From contig CM119265.1 in NCBI GenBank assembly GCA_051294375.1, positions 15,166,963-15,230,962 on the forward strand: DNA of 64,000 bases, in the 5' to 3' direction. Every line of letters begins with the position of its first letter. The stretch's first letter is position 1. Positions 38,778 to 50,688 of this stretch are shown here, one piece after another. Position numbers and translations under genes: made by a program. The DNA comes from Paraspadella gotoi (Eukaryota > Animalia > Chaetognatha). The notes under the pieces were generated by a model. It did not search any database. It was given only the letters and a program-made list of their open reading frames with translations, and was not told where the DNA came from.

Positions 38778-40673
38778 TAGAAAATAAAAACAATTCTTAG
38801 AAAAAATAAAAAAGGGTGAAGAGAGAAACGTAGCGAGGAAAAGATAAGAGTAAGAATAAAAAGGGCGAAAAGAAACTACACTACATTTAGGCTACAGTGA
38901 GACTCTATCCTCGATTCCGAACGGCGAATATTAATGTATTACGTAGTTTTTTTTAAAAGTATTTTAGATATAACGGAGATGGGTCTTTGTGTGTTAATCA
39001 AGCTAAACGTTGCGTGGAAATCGTCAAGACGAAGACACTTTGAGTAAAAAGACTTGTGACGATATTCCCTCGAGCAAAAAACGAGAGGAATTTGAGTGGC
39101 GTGCGACGGTGTAGTGTGACAACGAGTCACGTGATCGCCGTGGCCTTGATGGGAAAGAGTTGTTGACGCGAATCGCAAATAAATTAGCGGCAAAAAAAGC
39201 CCAAAACCCAAAGGAAAAAGAAAAGAAATAAGAAAAAAAAAATTTTGAAAAAAAAAAGAAGAGAGAAAACAGAAGACAAATTAAATCGAAAAGAAGATTG
39301 AGTTTGGAGGAAGGGAGGAAGGGAGGAAGGGAGCAAGGAAAAGACGGAGGGAGGTAGGAGGAAAGGAAAGGAAGGAAGAGGGAAGAGGAACCACAGCATG
39401 GGTCGAAGAGGAAAATGGAGGTCGGAGGAAATGATAGAAGTCGGGAAGAGGCAAAACAGATACGGAACAAAGAATGTTTCATAAAGTTATGCTTCTTGAA
39501 TTTTGATGCAAGTAGAGTAGTTCGGGGTAAAATATAGTATTCCCCGAGGTCATAATTATACAACATACTTTGAAATGTTATTCCACTTAAATAATAGGGA
39601 AGCAGGTGTTCTGGGAGTGAATAAACGAGGCTGTTAGAGAGTCTTGATTGAAAGTTTTCAGTGTCCCGCTATGTTAAGATTATCTTGTAAGAGGGATGTA
39701 GGCCATAACCGACCTGAGCCTGTCCAAAATCATTATTTGTTGTGGGTTGTTTCAATTTCATTAAACCAAAATGAAATCGTAGAAATGAGTTAAAAATCAT
39801 AAAAAAGATGAAAGAAACGACAATGAATAAATAAAATGAAAGGAGAGTAGAAGTCGAATAAGTCACGTTTTTCTCCCGAAATAAAAAAAGTCGATAAAGA
39901 AAAAAAAAAAGGAAATAAAAGAGGCGAACATTTCTGTTTACGTTCTTCCACTGCGCCCGAGACGACGTTATAGACGTCGTCCCCAGTTTTTTTCTTTCTT
40001 TTTTTTTTTGAGACTTTTTAAATTGTTTTTCTTTAGTAAATAATCAACGGCTTTCTTGCCCGCCTTCCTTCGCATACCACTTACCCTTTTCTTTCGAAAC
40101 CTCTCCGATCTTCTTTCCGCCAAATTCCCCAGACCCACCTGCCCTTCCCTTCTTCCCCGACGACGGCGCGGCGTCTCCAGAAAGTGTCACTTTTTGACGG
40201 TTTTTGGGACCCGAGGCATAAACTCGTCGTAAAACGAGGCATTAAATTTCAAACGTCGCCCTCGACTTCGCTTTAAATCGCTTTTTTTTTCGCTTTATTT
40301 CGCTTTATTTCGTGGTTGCGTTCGCTTTATTTATTGGTTTTCCCTCGACTGAGATAGTCGACGGAGTTGCGAACGGCCGCGCGGGAGGGTGTGGGAGGGA
40401 ACTGTGCATTAGGGTGGAGTGATGAAAAGATTGAGTGATTGAAACAATTATTTTTTTGCTGCCTATGGATATATAATTAATGAATTTTAAATCCTTTTAA
40501 AATCGTCAAATTTCAAAATTTTTTATTTTATTTTTAAGAACTGATTTGGATTCGCTGTAAAACTAAGAAACTTTTATAAAATATGTTGTGTATAAACTAT
40601 CAATTTCGTTGCGTTTTGAAGTTTAGGGAGAAAAAACAATTTATTTGTTTTTATACACGAATTGTATTATTGG

Positions 40674-40716
40674 TAAGACATGTTTCGACTCTTGAGTTTT
40701 AGAGTCTATTCAGTTA
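40674..40716 (-). ncRNA. Second copy of the hammerhead motif in the inverted pseudo-LTR
   Basis: Minus strand reads taa-ctgaata-gactc-taaaactcaa-gagtc-GAAAC-ATGTC-tta. GAAAC...GUC is intact but the CUGAUGA box is damaged. Confidence 0.6.
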
Positions 40717-40750
40717 TGACAATCAATATTTTTACTCTTTAACATTAGGT

Positions 40751-40792
<42 letters not shown>

Positions 40793-41126
40793 AAAAGAGG
40801 GAGTTTCCAACAAAGAATTGAGCAAAGGACAGTGGTCAGATATGAGGACAGGTGAAGGTAAGATCAGGGGAAGAAGTTGGGTGAAATTTGAAATAAGAAG
40901 AGAGAGAGAGAGAGAAGAGAGAGAGGAGAGAGACAGGGTAAGAGAAAATCTTACATTTTTTGTAATGTATAACAATGATAGAGAAATAAATAACAAACTT
41001 AATAGTTAAACTAATAGTAACATTGAAAAATAAATTAAAGAAATTGAAATAGAAGAATAAGTGATGAGGGATAGGTAAGTAAAGAGTTAGTGAAAATTAA
41101 GTTGAGAGAAAGAGCTCAAAGTGAGC

Positions 41127-41278
41127 GGGACTGCCTCGTGCTGTCCCATGACCAAAATTGGTTTTCCAGAGGTATTAGAGAGGCTATCTACATCAAAGCC
41201 CTCGAGCCCTCTCTGAACCGTGATGGAGGACGCTTCGATTTCCCTCCAAGCTATGTTCGCTTATCAAGTTGGTGGTGA
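41127..41278 (+). pseudogene. Penelope-like GIY-YIG endonuclease C-terminal fragment
   Basis: DCLVLSHDQNWFSRGIREAIYIKALEPSLNRDGGRFDFPPSY matches the PLE endonuclease tail pattern W-f-x-R-G-v-x-E-A-I-x-I...P-s-L-N-R-d-x-G. It begins exactly at the inversion breakpoint; RT and the GIY/YIG motifs are absent. Confidence 0.85.
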
Positions 41279-41905
41279 ACGCCCAGAGCCGCCCCAACCG
41301 CACGGTATATCCCTCGCCCCACTCAACGGGTCAGGCGGAGACCTCCCAGCAGGCAATGGACGACCGATACCTCTCCCGAGCCTGTAGCAAACCTGGATGA
41401 CTCTTCTCACACTGGGCGTCGTCCAAAACGACGGCTACAGGAGGAGGGAGAGGAGTCTGTATCTCCTGCACCAAAGCAGGCAAGAAACAGGCAATCGCCA
41501 CTCACCGTCAGGTGAGAGGAGGGCCATCGGCAGGCCTATCAGGCCAGAGAGATATTCGAGTGGCGTTAGGCATTTTCCCAGGAGGATCACTAACCAGGTC
41601 CCGAAATGTCACACTCCACAGTCATATCTTCTCAGCCCAATAGCAAGCCAAATGACCCGAGCCTATCGCAAACGTCCCACCTTTGCCAACCCGGGGGGGG
41701 GGCCAGCTCACTTTGAGCTCTTTCTCTCAACTTAATTTTCACTAACTCTTTACTTACCTATCCCTCATCACTTATTCTTCTATTTCAATTTCTTTAATTT
41801 ATTTTTCAATGTTACTATTAGTTTAACTATTAAGTTTGTTATTTTATTTCTCTATCATTGTTATACATTACAAAAAATGTAAAGATTTTCTCTTACCCTG
41901 TCTCT

Positions 41906-41954
<49 letters not shown>

Positions 41955-42051
41955 CAAATTTCACCCAACTTCTTCCCCTGATCTTACCTTCACCTGTTCC
42001 ATATCTGACCACTGTCCTTTGCTCAATTCTTTGTTGGAAACTCCCTCTTTT

Positions 42052-42091
<40 letters not shown>

Positions 42092-42125
42092 ACCTAATGT
42101 TAAAGAGTAAAAATATTGATTGTCA

Positions 42126-42169
42126 TAACTGATGAAGACTCTAAAAACTCAAGAGTCGAACATGTCTTA
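42126..42169 (+). ncRNA. Minimal type I hammerhead ribozyme motif in the PLE pseudo-LTR
   Basis: TAA-CTGATGA-A-GACTC-taaaaactcaa-GAGTC-GAA(A)-CATGTC-TTA: core CUGAUGA, 5-bp stem II, palindromic ACATGT stem III, GUC cleavage triplet and short stem I TAA/TTA. This copy lacks one A of GAAA. Confidence 0.7.
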
Positions 42170-43971
42170 CAATAATACAATTCGTTGATAAAAAAAATAA
42201 ATTGTTTTTTCTCCTAAATAAATATTTATATGATATTTTAATGTTTAGATCATAAAAATGATTAAAACGTTTTAACATATATAAGTTTCTACTACAGAGA
42301 GATAAAAAAGTCAGGAATTTTCACCATTTTTCTTATTTTTAAACATTGAGATGACAGAATTTTTGATAACATGTTTTATATTTTTGATTCAACTTTTTAT
42401 GAAGAATCTGAATCTTTATTAAAAGTTTTATAAAAATTATTTTTAAAATTTACTATTTATAAGATAAGATTACTACAAATATATTATATTTTACTATTCT
42501 GTTCCCGAGATAATATGAACAAATATTTTTTGTACTAGTTAATCATACTATCTCACATCTAAATATCATTGTTCGATCATTCAAATAAATTTTTTTTGTT
42601 CTTGAGTGCTCCACTCTACTGTGCATAGTGGAGACTTGTGAAGACTTGTGAAGACTTGTGGAGGAGGGGAACGTGGTCGGGACGTGGTAAAAGAGGATGA
42701 AGGATAAAGAATTCGAGAAGGGAGGAAGGAAATAAAAGGAGGAAAGGAAAGATGGGGAAGAATAAAGCCTTTTGTCGGGAGGTAAAGACGTCAAAAAAAA
42801 AAAAGGCTCTGATGAAAGAACCGAGAAAAACGGAGGAAAACCTAAAAAGAAATTGCTTAGAAACTCCTTTGGTTCTTCGGCGTCCTGCATGACTTAATGT
42901 AAACTGCAAGAATTTCGTTGTTGAAGAAATATTTGCTGTCGAAAGGAACGAATGAAAATGATCGGAGATTAAAAAATAATCAAGATGACATAAGCGATGA
43001 TGACGATGATTACGATGACGACGTCGGGAGAAAAGAATCTAAAAATAATTACGACAACGGTCAGAGATTTCTTGAGTTTTTTCTCCGTCAAGAGAAGAAA
43101 CAAAATGGCAAATTCCTCATTTTAGACAAAACGTGGAATTTAAAGTTATAAAGTGGCGCGTTTTTTTTTTGTTTGTTTTTTTTTTTGCACAGAAGTGTAA
43201 TGAGGATTTTATCTTCTTTGTTGGGGTCTTTATCGTCCTTTTAATTACCCGTCTAGGTCATGGAAGCGTGCGACGCCGCTAGAGCACAGGGCTATTTTAA
43301 TTAGCTCCCGGGGATTGCAATAGATGGCGTTGCAGGTGGTTATTGCGATTTAAATCATCCCTCCCTCAAGGATGCGCGTCCGCGGAGTCGCCAGGCGAGA
43401 AACGCCTTCGAAGCGACGGCGCCTCGTTACAAGAAAGAAGAAGTTTTTATTATTTCTCTAAGTAGTCACTAGTTAAGTAGTTATGATAATCGTTATCAAT
43501 TATGAATTTAAAAAGAAACCAGATGAATTGTAAACTGAATAAAATCAAACGAAGATGTTCGTGCGTCCAACCTTTTTCGACTCCTGCAACTTTCCTCTTT
43601 GAAATACATTTAATAATCTCATGGAAATTTAAAAGCAATTTTCTGGTTTTGAATGTTTACTTTTCTCACGTTTTTCCGAAAAAAAAAGAGAGAGAAAGAT
43701 TTTTTAAAAAAATATTTAAGGTTCGATAATCGGATAAATGTTTTTCCATTTTAACGCGCTCTAATAGCACCTCCCATCGCGATGCCGGCCGACGAACGAA
43801 CTAGTAAAGCGTAATTGTTTTACAAAATAAAAGAGCAACGAGCGACGAGCGACGAGGAAGCGAAAAGACAATAAAAGCGAAAGAGAAAAAAAAAAAGGCC
43901 GCGGAAAAGGCGGGAAAATAAATTAAAGAAATAAAAACCTAGAGGCGAGAAAAAAAAGGGAAAGAAATCGT

Positions 43972-44072
<101 letters not shown>

Positions 44073-44188
44073 AAAAAAAACTAGAAAAGGTGCGTGAGGC
44101 AAAGGAAAGGGAGGAACGAGGAAGATTCAGATCCCTTATTCCCATTTATCTCTCCGCTTAATGATACAAGATACTTCTTAATGAACTC

Positions 44189-44225
<37 letters not shown>

Positions 44226-44287
44226 ACCCTTACCTCCGTTTCCAGGTTTTTGTACCACCGGTTGCTTTTTTTTTGTAGAAGCAAAAA

Positions 44288-44375
<88 letters not shown>

Positions 44376-45267
44376 TTTTCTCTCCTTATCTCTCTCCCTT
44401 TCTACCAAGCAAGAGAAAGGAATTAAATCACGAAAAAAAGTAACGGGATTAATGGATAAAAAACCAACAACCATCTGTCGTTGCCTTTTGTTTTGTTTAT
44501 TTCATGATTTCTTTTCTATTTATGTTTCTGTTATTATTCTGTCTTTTTTATGATTCTCTCGCCAGAGTCTCGTCGGAGATTCAAAGTCATTCTCTTCTCA
44601 TTAACCTTCTCTCTTTTTTTCGCAATTTTCTGTGTACACGTACAGTCGTATACAGTGGCGTCCGGACGTTTTCTTCTTTGCTCTCTCTCTCTCTCTACCT
44701 CTCTCTATCTCTACCTCTCTCTGCCTATCTCTCTTTAATCACCAGCCTTCAATTTCTTTTCTCCGCCTTAAGACTCGTTTTTCCAATCAAGATAATGATA
44801 TGCTGTTTCCGAAGCTTCAACTTGAAACTGAAAAGAGAGCTAGGGAGAGAGAGAGACAAAGATAGTGGAATAGACAGAGAGAGAAAAAGTTAGAAAAAAA
44901 AAAAGAGATTTTCAGAAAGATATTCAAGTTTTATTTTCTATCAAAATTTCGCCAATATCATCTGATATATATAATGAAAAGTTTGGAAAAAGAATGCATA
45001 ATACATTAGCTTGAACTACAAATTTTGAGGATAAGATCATTTTTAAACTTTTTTAGATTCATCGCCTTTTGCCTAATGGTAAAAGAAGTGCAATATCCTA
45101 ATATCCCCTTAAGTACATAACGTAATATCCCCTTAACCTCGACTTTAAACGAAACGATCGGAGTCGGGGGCAAAGAAAGGAAAACAAAAAATTAAAAAAC
45201 AAAAAAGTTATGATCCAAAAAATCTTTGTGCTAAAACATCGACTGTAAAGAGACGCCATTACTATAA

Positions 45268-45313
45268 AAAATAATAATAATAATAATATGATGATGATAA
45301 TATTAATAAAAAC

Positions 45314-45367
<54 letters not shown>

Positions 45368-45393
45368 TTAATAATAATAATAATAATAATAAT
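45268..45393. repeat. (AAT)n microsatellite
   Basis: Directly visible, with interruptions. Confidence 0.95.
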
Positions 45394-45637
45394 AAACAAC
45401 GTTCTCGCTCTCAAAATGGCGCCCGATGGCTGACTTTCCTCGCGCTCTCGACTAAGTTTTTTCTTTTCCCGCGACATTTTGTGATTTTCCTCGAAATTCC
45501 GATTCTGAATCTTTTTTTTCGATCATAACAAAATAAAAGGAGGAAGCGAATAAAGAGGAGGAGACTTATCTCATGTCGATCCCTCCTTTAAATAATTGAG
45601 TTTCTCCGTTTCACAATCTCTTCAATTCATATTCTCT

Positions 45638-45756
<119 letters not shown>

Positions 45757-46076
45757 CTTTTATTCTATCACCCCAACAAATTCGGAACTTCAACCAGATA
45801 GATTTCAAATTTCTTTTTGCTACGGGGTTTTTTAAAAAATTTCCATCATCAACGCCACCGAATCGCTCTCGCTCCAGGGAAAGAACAATCAATGTCTTCA
45901 AAAATACAATAATACCACAAAAAAAAATATTATAAGTATTGTTTTATTACGGTGTTATCATTGTAATTATTATCATCACATGATTTCCACTTTCTCTTTT
46001 TTTACCGCCTAAACCCTTAACCCCTACAAACCCCCCAACTCCCCAACCATCCCGTTCACCACTACCGACCCCTACA

Positions 46077-46271
46077 CCGCCCCCGCCCTGCAATCCCATC
46101 CGCCACCCCCGGCCCAGTTGCGGCGCGCCTTAAGTGCACGCCAGGGACCCTTCCCGCGCCAATCCCTGATTCTCCTCTTCGTCGACCTTGAGTTTCCTTC
46201 AAGCGCCGCCACTCCACGCCGATCCCTCTGTCCGTGGGACCCAACGGGCGAGAGTGTCTTTGCGCATGCGC
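46077..46271. promoter_or_regulatory. Promoter-like motif cluster (GC box, CCAAT, NRF1-type palindrome)
   Basis: CCCCGCCC at ~46081, CCAAT at 46159 and TGCGCATGCGC at 46261 within a GC-rich island. No linked gene identified. Confidence 0.25.
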
Positions 46272-46283
46272 GGTTTTTTTTTC

Positions 46284-46815
46284 TTTTTTAGCCGGAATCT
46301 ACTGTAAGCAGATTCCGGCTCCATAATTCACTTTGTCAGTCCGTCGGTCCGCCCCCCAATCTTGTCGGGCATTCACTTATATCATGTCAGAACATCGAAT
46401 TATGACATGTCCGTCCGTCTGTCTGTCTGTGTGTCCGTCCGTCCGTCCGTCCCACCTTAGCAAAAAACACCAATTACTCGTGATTGGATGGATGGATTGG
46501 AATGAAATTTTGTGTGTGGGTAGAAAATTGTGTGATTGAGCTGGAAATAAAGTTTCGATGGAATCGTCCAAGTGGAAATGAGTTAAAATGGAAAAAACAA
46601 AAAAATATATTTCACTATTTAAACGCCATTACTTATGAGTGAATGGGGCGATTGACTTCAAATTTTGTATGATTGAGAGGCGAGACAAAGTGGAAAACAA
46701 TTTTGACACGAATAAAAAAAAAATTAATATTAATTAAATAATTAATTAATTATCTGATCAGCTGCTTACGGCTAATGATCGTGGTCAGCTCAGGCATTGT
46801 TTGCTCAAACTTGTT
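46284..46815 (+). mobile_element. HINE/DINE-1-like non-autonomous Helentron element
   Basis: Starts in a T-run, followed by a perfect 11-bp inverted repeat AGCCGGAATCT/AGATTCCGGCT (46290-46320) and a (GTCC/GTCT)n microsatellite (46408-46451). Has a duplicated GATTG...AAATTTTGT core (46495, 46650), a 3' CGGCTAA (46769-46775) complementary to the 5' TTAGCCG, and ends CTTGTT into a T-run. Confidence 0.65.
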
Positions 46816-47749
46816 TTTTTTTTTCTTTATTTTTCTCTCTCTTCACTTTATCCTCCTTCTGCCTCCCTCTGCCTCTTGGGCCGCTGATGATATGCAAAAA
46901 GTCTTGACAAATTCCCCCCCCCTTTGCTCTCCCCCCCCAAACGCAGCCACCGCGCGCCGGGTTTCCGTATAGAAGGCAGCCGCAACAAACACAATTTCCA
47001 AATTCTATTTCTGTTAAAATTGAAACCTTTTGTTGCTTTCGGAGCGAAGCGGCGGAAACGGGGGGGGGAGGGGATGGAGAGGGGGGAGAGGGAGCGAAGA
47101 ATGAGAGGTGGGGGAGAGCGACCGGCGAACGGCGAGGATAGAAAAGAGACGACGATTGGCGGTTGCTGGAACTTGTTGGTTGGATGGAATTAAAAGGAGA
47201 AGAATGAGTAGGAGCAGATGGAGAAGGGTTTCGGAATATAAAGGGCAGATTCGAGGATGGGAGAAATCCCTGCCGGGCGTGAGAGAGAAGGGAGGAAGGA
47301 AACAGCGGAGGGGAGAAGGAGAAAAAGATATGATCGCGGGGAAGGAGAAGAAGAAGATGATTTTTCCGGAGATTTTGGGTGGCGGTGCCGCGAAAAATAA
47401 AGATCGGTGGGTTAGAGAGATGAAAAGGAGGCGAGTTCGTTTGTGAGAGAATTTCGGTGAGGTATTGAGAATATTGCTGAGGAACGGAAATTCGTTCCTT
47501 TCTCAAAATTCACATCTAGAGTCTCACCTCGAATTCACTCGAGTCCATTAAATCTGTTGAGCGATTGTGAATTGCTATATTGTGGTAGTGAATTCACTAT
47601 CACAATATCTTTCATTCCTGCTGCTACGCGAGACACGGTTTTTCGATCTGGCGATCGAGCGACTTTCGTGGGTGAGATTTTGGGCCATCTTTTCCAAAAG
47701 CGCTCCATTTCAGCTTAAATTCAAAATTAAATATGTTTTTTACGTTTAA

Positions 47750-47945
47750 AGATTAAGGGTTAGGGGTTAAGGATATGGATTAGGTTATGGATTAGGGTTT
47801 GGGATTACGATAAAGATTCGGTTTATGTTTTTATTGTGGATTATAATTAAGGTTTAGCGTTTAAGGTGAGGATAAAAGGTTAGGATATAAGGTTCAGGAT
47901 TAGGGTTAGAAATTAGGTTAGGGTCTAGGAATAGGGTTGGGGATT
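47750..47945 (+). repeat. Degenerate TTAGGG-like tract
   Basis: agggttagggg, attagggttt, ggattagggttag, ggttagggtc. Confidence 0.65.
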
Positions 47946-48168
47946 GAATTAAGCATTTTAGAAAGGGAGATAAAAATTAGGTTCAAGGACTAAAGAAAGC
48001 AATGGGACGTTTCCCGATTTTCGTGTTGTGGGGAGACAAAGATGGTAACCCGGGTTAAGAAGAAATTTCTGCAAAGAAAAAGACGGAGTGGGAGGAATCT
48101 CGTCGGGGAGTCGAATGGGGAAGGCAGGGGAAAGGAAAGATGGTCGTCGGGAAGAGTGACGCCCTTAC

Positions 48169-48312
48169 CAAGCGTCGTTGTCCCATTCGCCGGTTTTAAA
48201 CCTCCGCCGTTCGACCGACGCAGATGCTGCGGCTTGGTATGCAGCGGATGCTGCAGGTGCCGCGGGTTCTGCCTCTGCGTCGCCCATTCTCCTCCGGCGG
48301 GACCGGTCGTCT
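48169..48312 (-). CDS. Candidate exon, unknown protein
   Basis: GC-rich island with donor TTG|gtaagg, preceded by a pyrimidine-rich minisatellite and a weak gag acceptor. Two frames are open (ETTGPAGGEWATQRQNPRHLQHP... or MGDAEAEPAAPAASAAYQ...). Confidence 0.25.
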
Positions 48313-48329
48313 CTCGAGGGAGATAGGGG

Positions 48330-48560
48330 AGAAAGAAGAGGTTGAGGGAGGAAGATGAGAAGGTGAGGGTTGAAAGGAGGAGGTGAGAAAGAGGAGGTTG
48401 AGGGAGGAAGATGAGAAGGTGAGGGTTGAAAGGAGGAGGTGAGAAAGAGGAGGTTGAGGGAGGAAGATGAGAAGGTGAGGGTTGAAAGGAGGAGGTGAGA
48501 AAGAAGAGGTTGAGGGAGGAAGATGAGAAGTTGAGGGTTGAAAGGAGGAGGTGAGGAAGA
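48330..48560. repeat. ~54-57-bp purine-rich minisatellite, 4 copies
   Basis: gaggttgagggaggaagatgagaaggtgagggttgaaaggaggaggtgagaaa repeated four times. Confidence 0.92.
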
Positions 48561-49368
48561 GAGGGGAGAAAGCGGAGAAAAAAAGAAAATTGCGGCGGAG
48601 AAAGGTAAAATTAAAGATACAAATGAATAAGAAATAAGAGGCGAGCTAAAGGGGTCTAAAATCTCGACTAGATCCGGCGAAACAGGAAGGAAGGAAAAGT
48701 TAAGGGGGTTTGAGAAGATGGAATGAGAAAAGCGCCGAAGATTCTTGTCTCCCACGATTGATGGCGCCACGAGAGGTCGATGGTTCGTGAAGCCGCCACC
48801 AGGAGCGCGCGAGAATTCGAAGGAGGAGAAATAAAAAAAAATTAAAAAGAATAAAAAGAGAAGAGCATCGGAGAAAAAATAAAAAGAGAGAATCGTTGGG
48901 AACCAAAAAAAAAAAATTGGGGACGAATAAAATTTGAGAGAAAAGAAAAGAAAAAAGAGATAAATTCTAAAACCTCGTATATATCAATGGAATTTGGTGG
49001 ATTTCATAGAAGATTTTAGAAAGAAGGGGTTACTCGCTTTACAATATTTGATATATATACAATTATACATTGTAATGTAACAAATTTTAATTCAGAAATG
49101 ATAATCTAAAAATGAAAGTTTTCAACGAATATATTGTACTTAAGGGAACGTAGTAGTTCTCATGAATAAGATGAAAAATAGATTATCATTATCTTCTTTG
49201 TCTTGTACTGATTATTTTCTTCGGTGCTGTATTTTTAATTTAATTTTATTCTAATTACTAATGACATTAATCGAGAATCTTCAAGTTTAACTTTTGTACT
49301 CCGCAGATTTTCTCATCAACCAGAGTCCTAGAAAAGAAATTTATGAAAACGGAATTTAATTTAATTTC

Positions 49369-49412
<44 letters not shown>

Positions 49413-49719
49413 AAGTGAGAGACAGAGAGAGAGAGTGACAAAAAGAAAAAGCCAAAGAAGTAGACAGTGACAGAAAGTATATTCATCTACAGAAATAAAA
49501 TGAATAAAATAAAATAAAAGAGATAAAAATAAATGAAGCAAAGGGGCGGCTCATCCCTGCGAGTCTTGGCCCGATCCAGAATTTATACCGAAGACGTCAA
49601 ATATTTTTTGGGGGCCAGAAAAAATGGTGGATGAGAGGAGAATCAAAGGGTCAGACGTCGTAACGTCTGAAGGTCGCTCGGGTCTGTGACTTGTGTCGGA
49701 ATCTCTTTCAAACGCGAAT

Positions 49720-49814
<95 letters not shown>

Positions 49815-49873
49815 AGAGAGGAGAGAGAGAGAGAGAGAGAATCTTACCGAAGATAGATTTCTTTTTTTTCTTC

Positions 49874-49958
<85 letters not shown>

Positions 49959-50576
49959 GCCTTAACTTCATAATTAAAGGCTGAGAGAAGAACCTGATAA
50001 TGAATACTTATGAGGAAAAAAAAAAGGTTGAGTTTCTTCCGCCTTCTTAGTCGTCGTCTTCTTCGTCGGATCGTTTCGAGCCACTTACGCCTTGAGCCTT
50101 CCCGCCCTCACTTTCCCTGCTAAGCGCCCCTTTCATGCCGCGCTCTCTTTCCCCTCTTAGCCTTGTCAAATCCTTTCCATGCCTTCCCACCTTACACTCA
50201 CGAGCTCGCACTCAAAAGGCGCTCACGAGCAGATTTTCGAGATTCGCACGTACGAAACTCTTTGTATCTGCGTGCGTTCGGCCTTCGCACGTATCGCGGC
50301 GACACGGGGTAGAGATTAATGGAATCTTCGTCGGTGTCGTCGTCGTCGTCGTAACCGTGGTCAACCCAAGTTGGTTGAACATTAACATCAACGTATGAAC
50401 GAGATAATTCATAAAACGAGGTCTACAGATATCATGAGTCGAAGGAATTCAGCAGATAGTGAATTCAATGAATAAAGTAGATTCAGTTTCCTTTTAACGA
50501 CGTCAATCTTCGACTCTGAAAAGGATCCGTCAATTATTTCCTATTCGTCCTCTTCTTGCTCTTCCGCCTAGAGAGA

Positions 50577-50688
<112 letters not shown>

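Larger units (their letters stand above)
40622..42218 (+). mobile_element. 5'-truncated Penelope-like retroelement with inverted pseudo-LTRs
   Basis: Arms 40622-41126 and 41706-42218 are reverse complements (~500 bp, small indels, sharp inner ends gtgagc/gctcac). They enclose a GIY-YIG tail, and each arm has a hammerhead motif near its outer end. There is no N gap inside. Confidence 0.85.
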
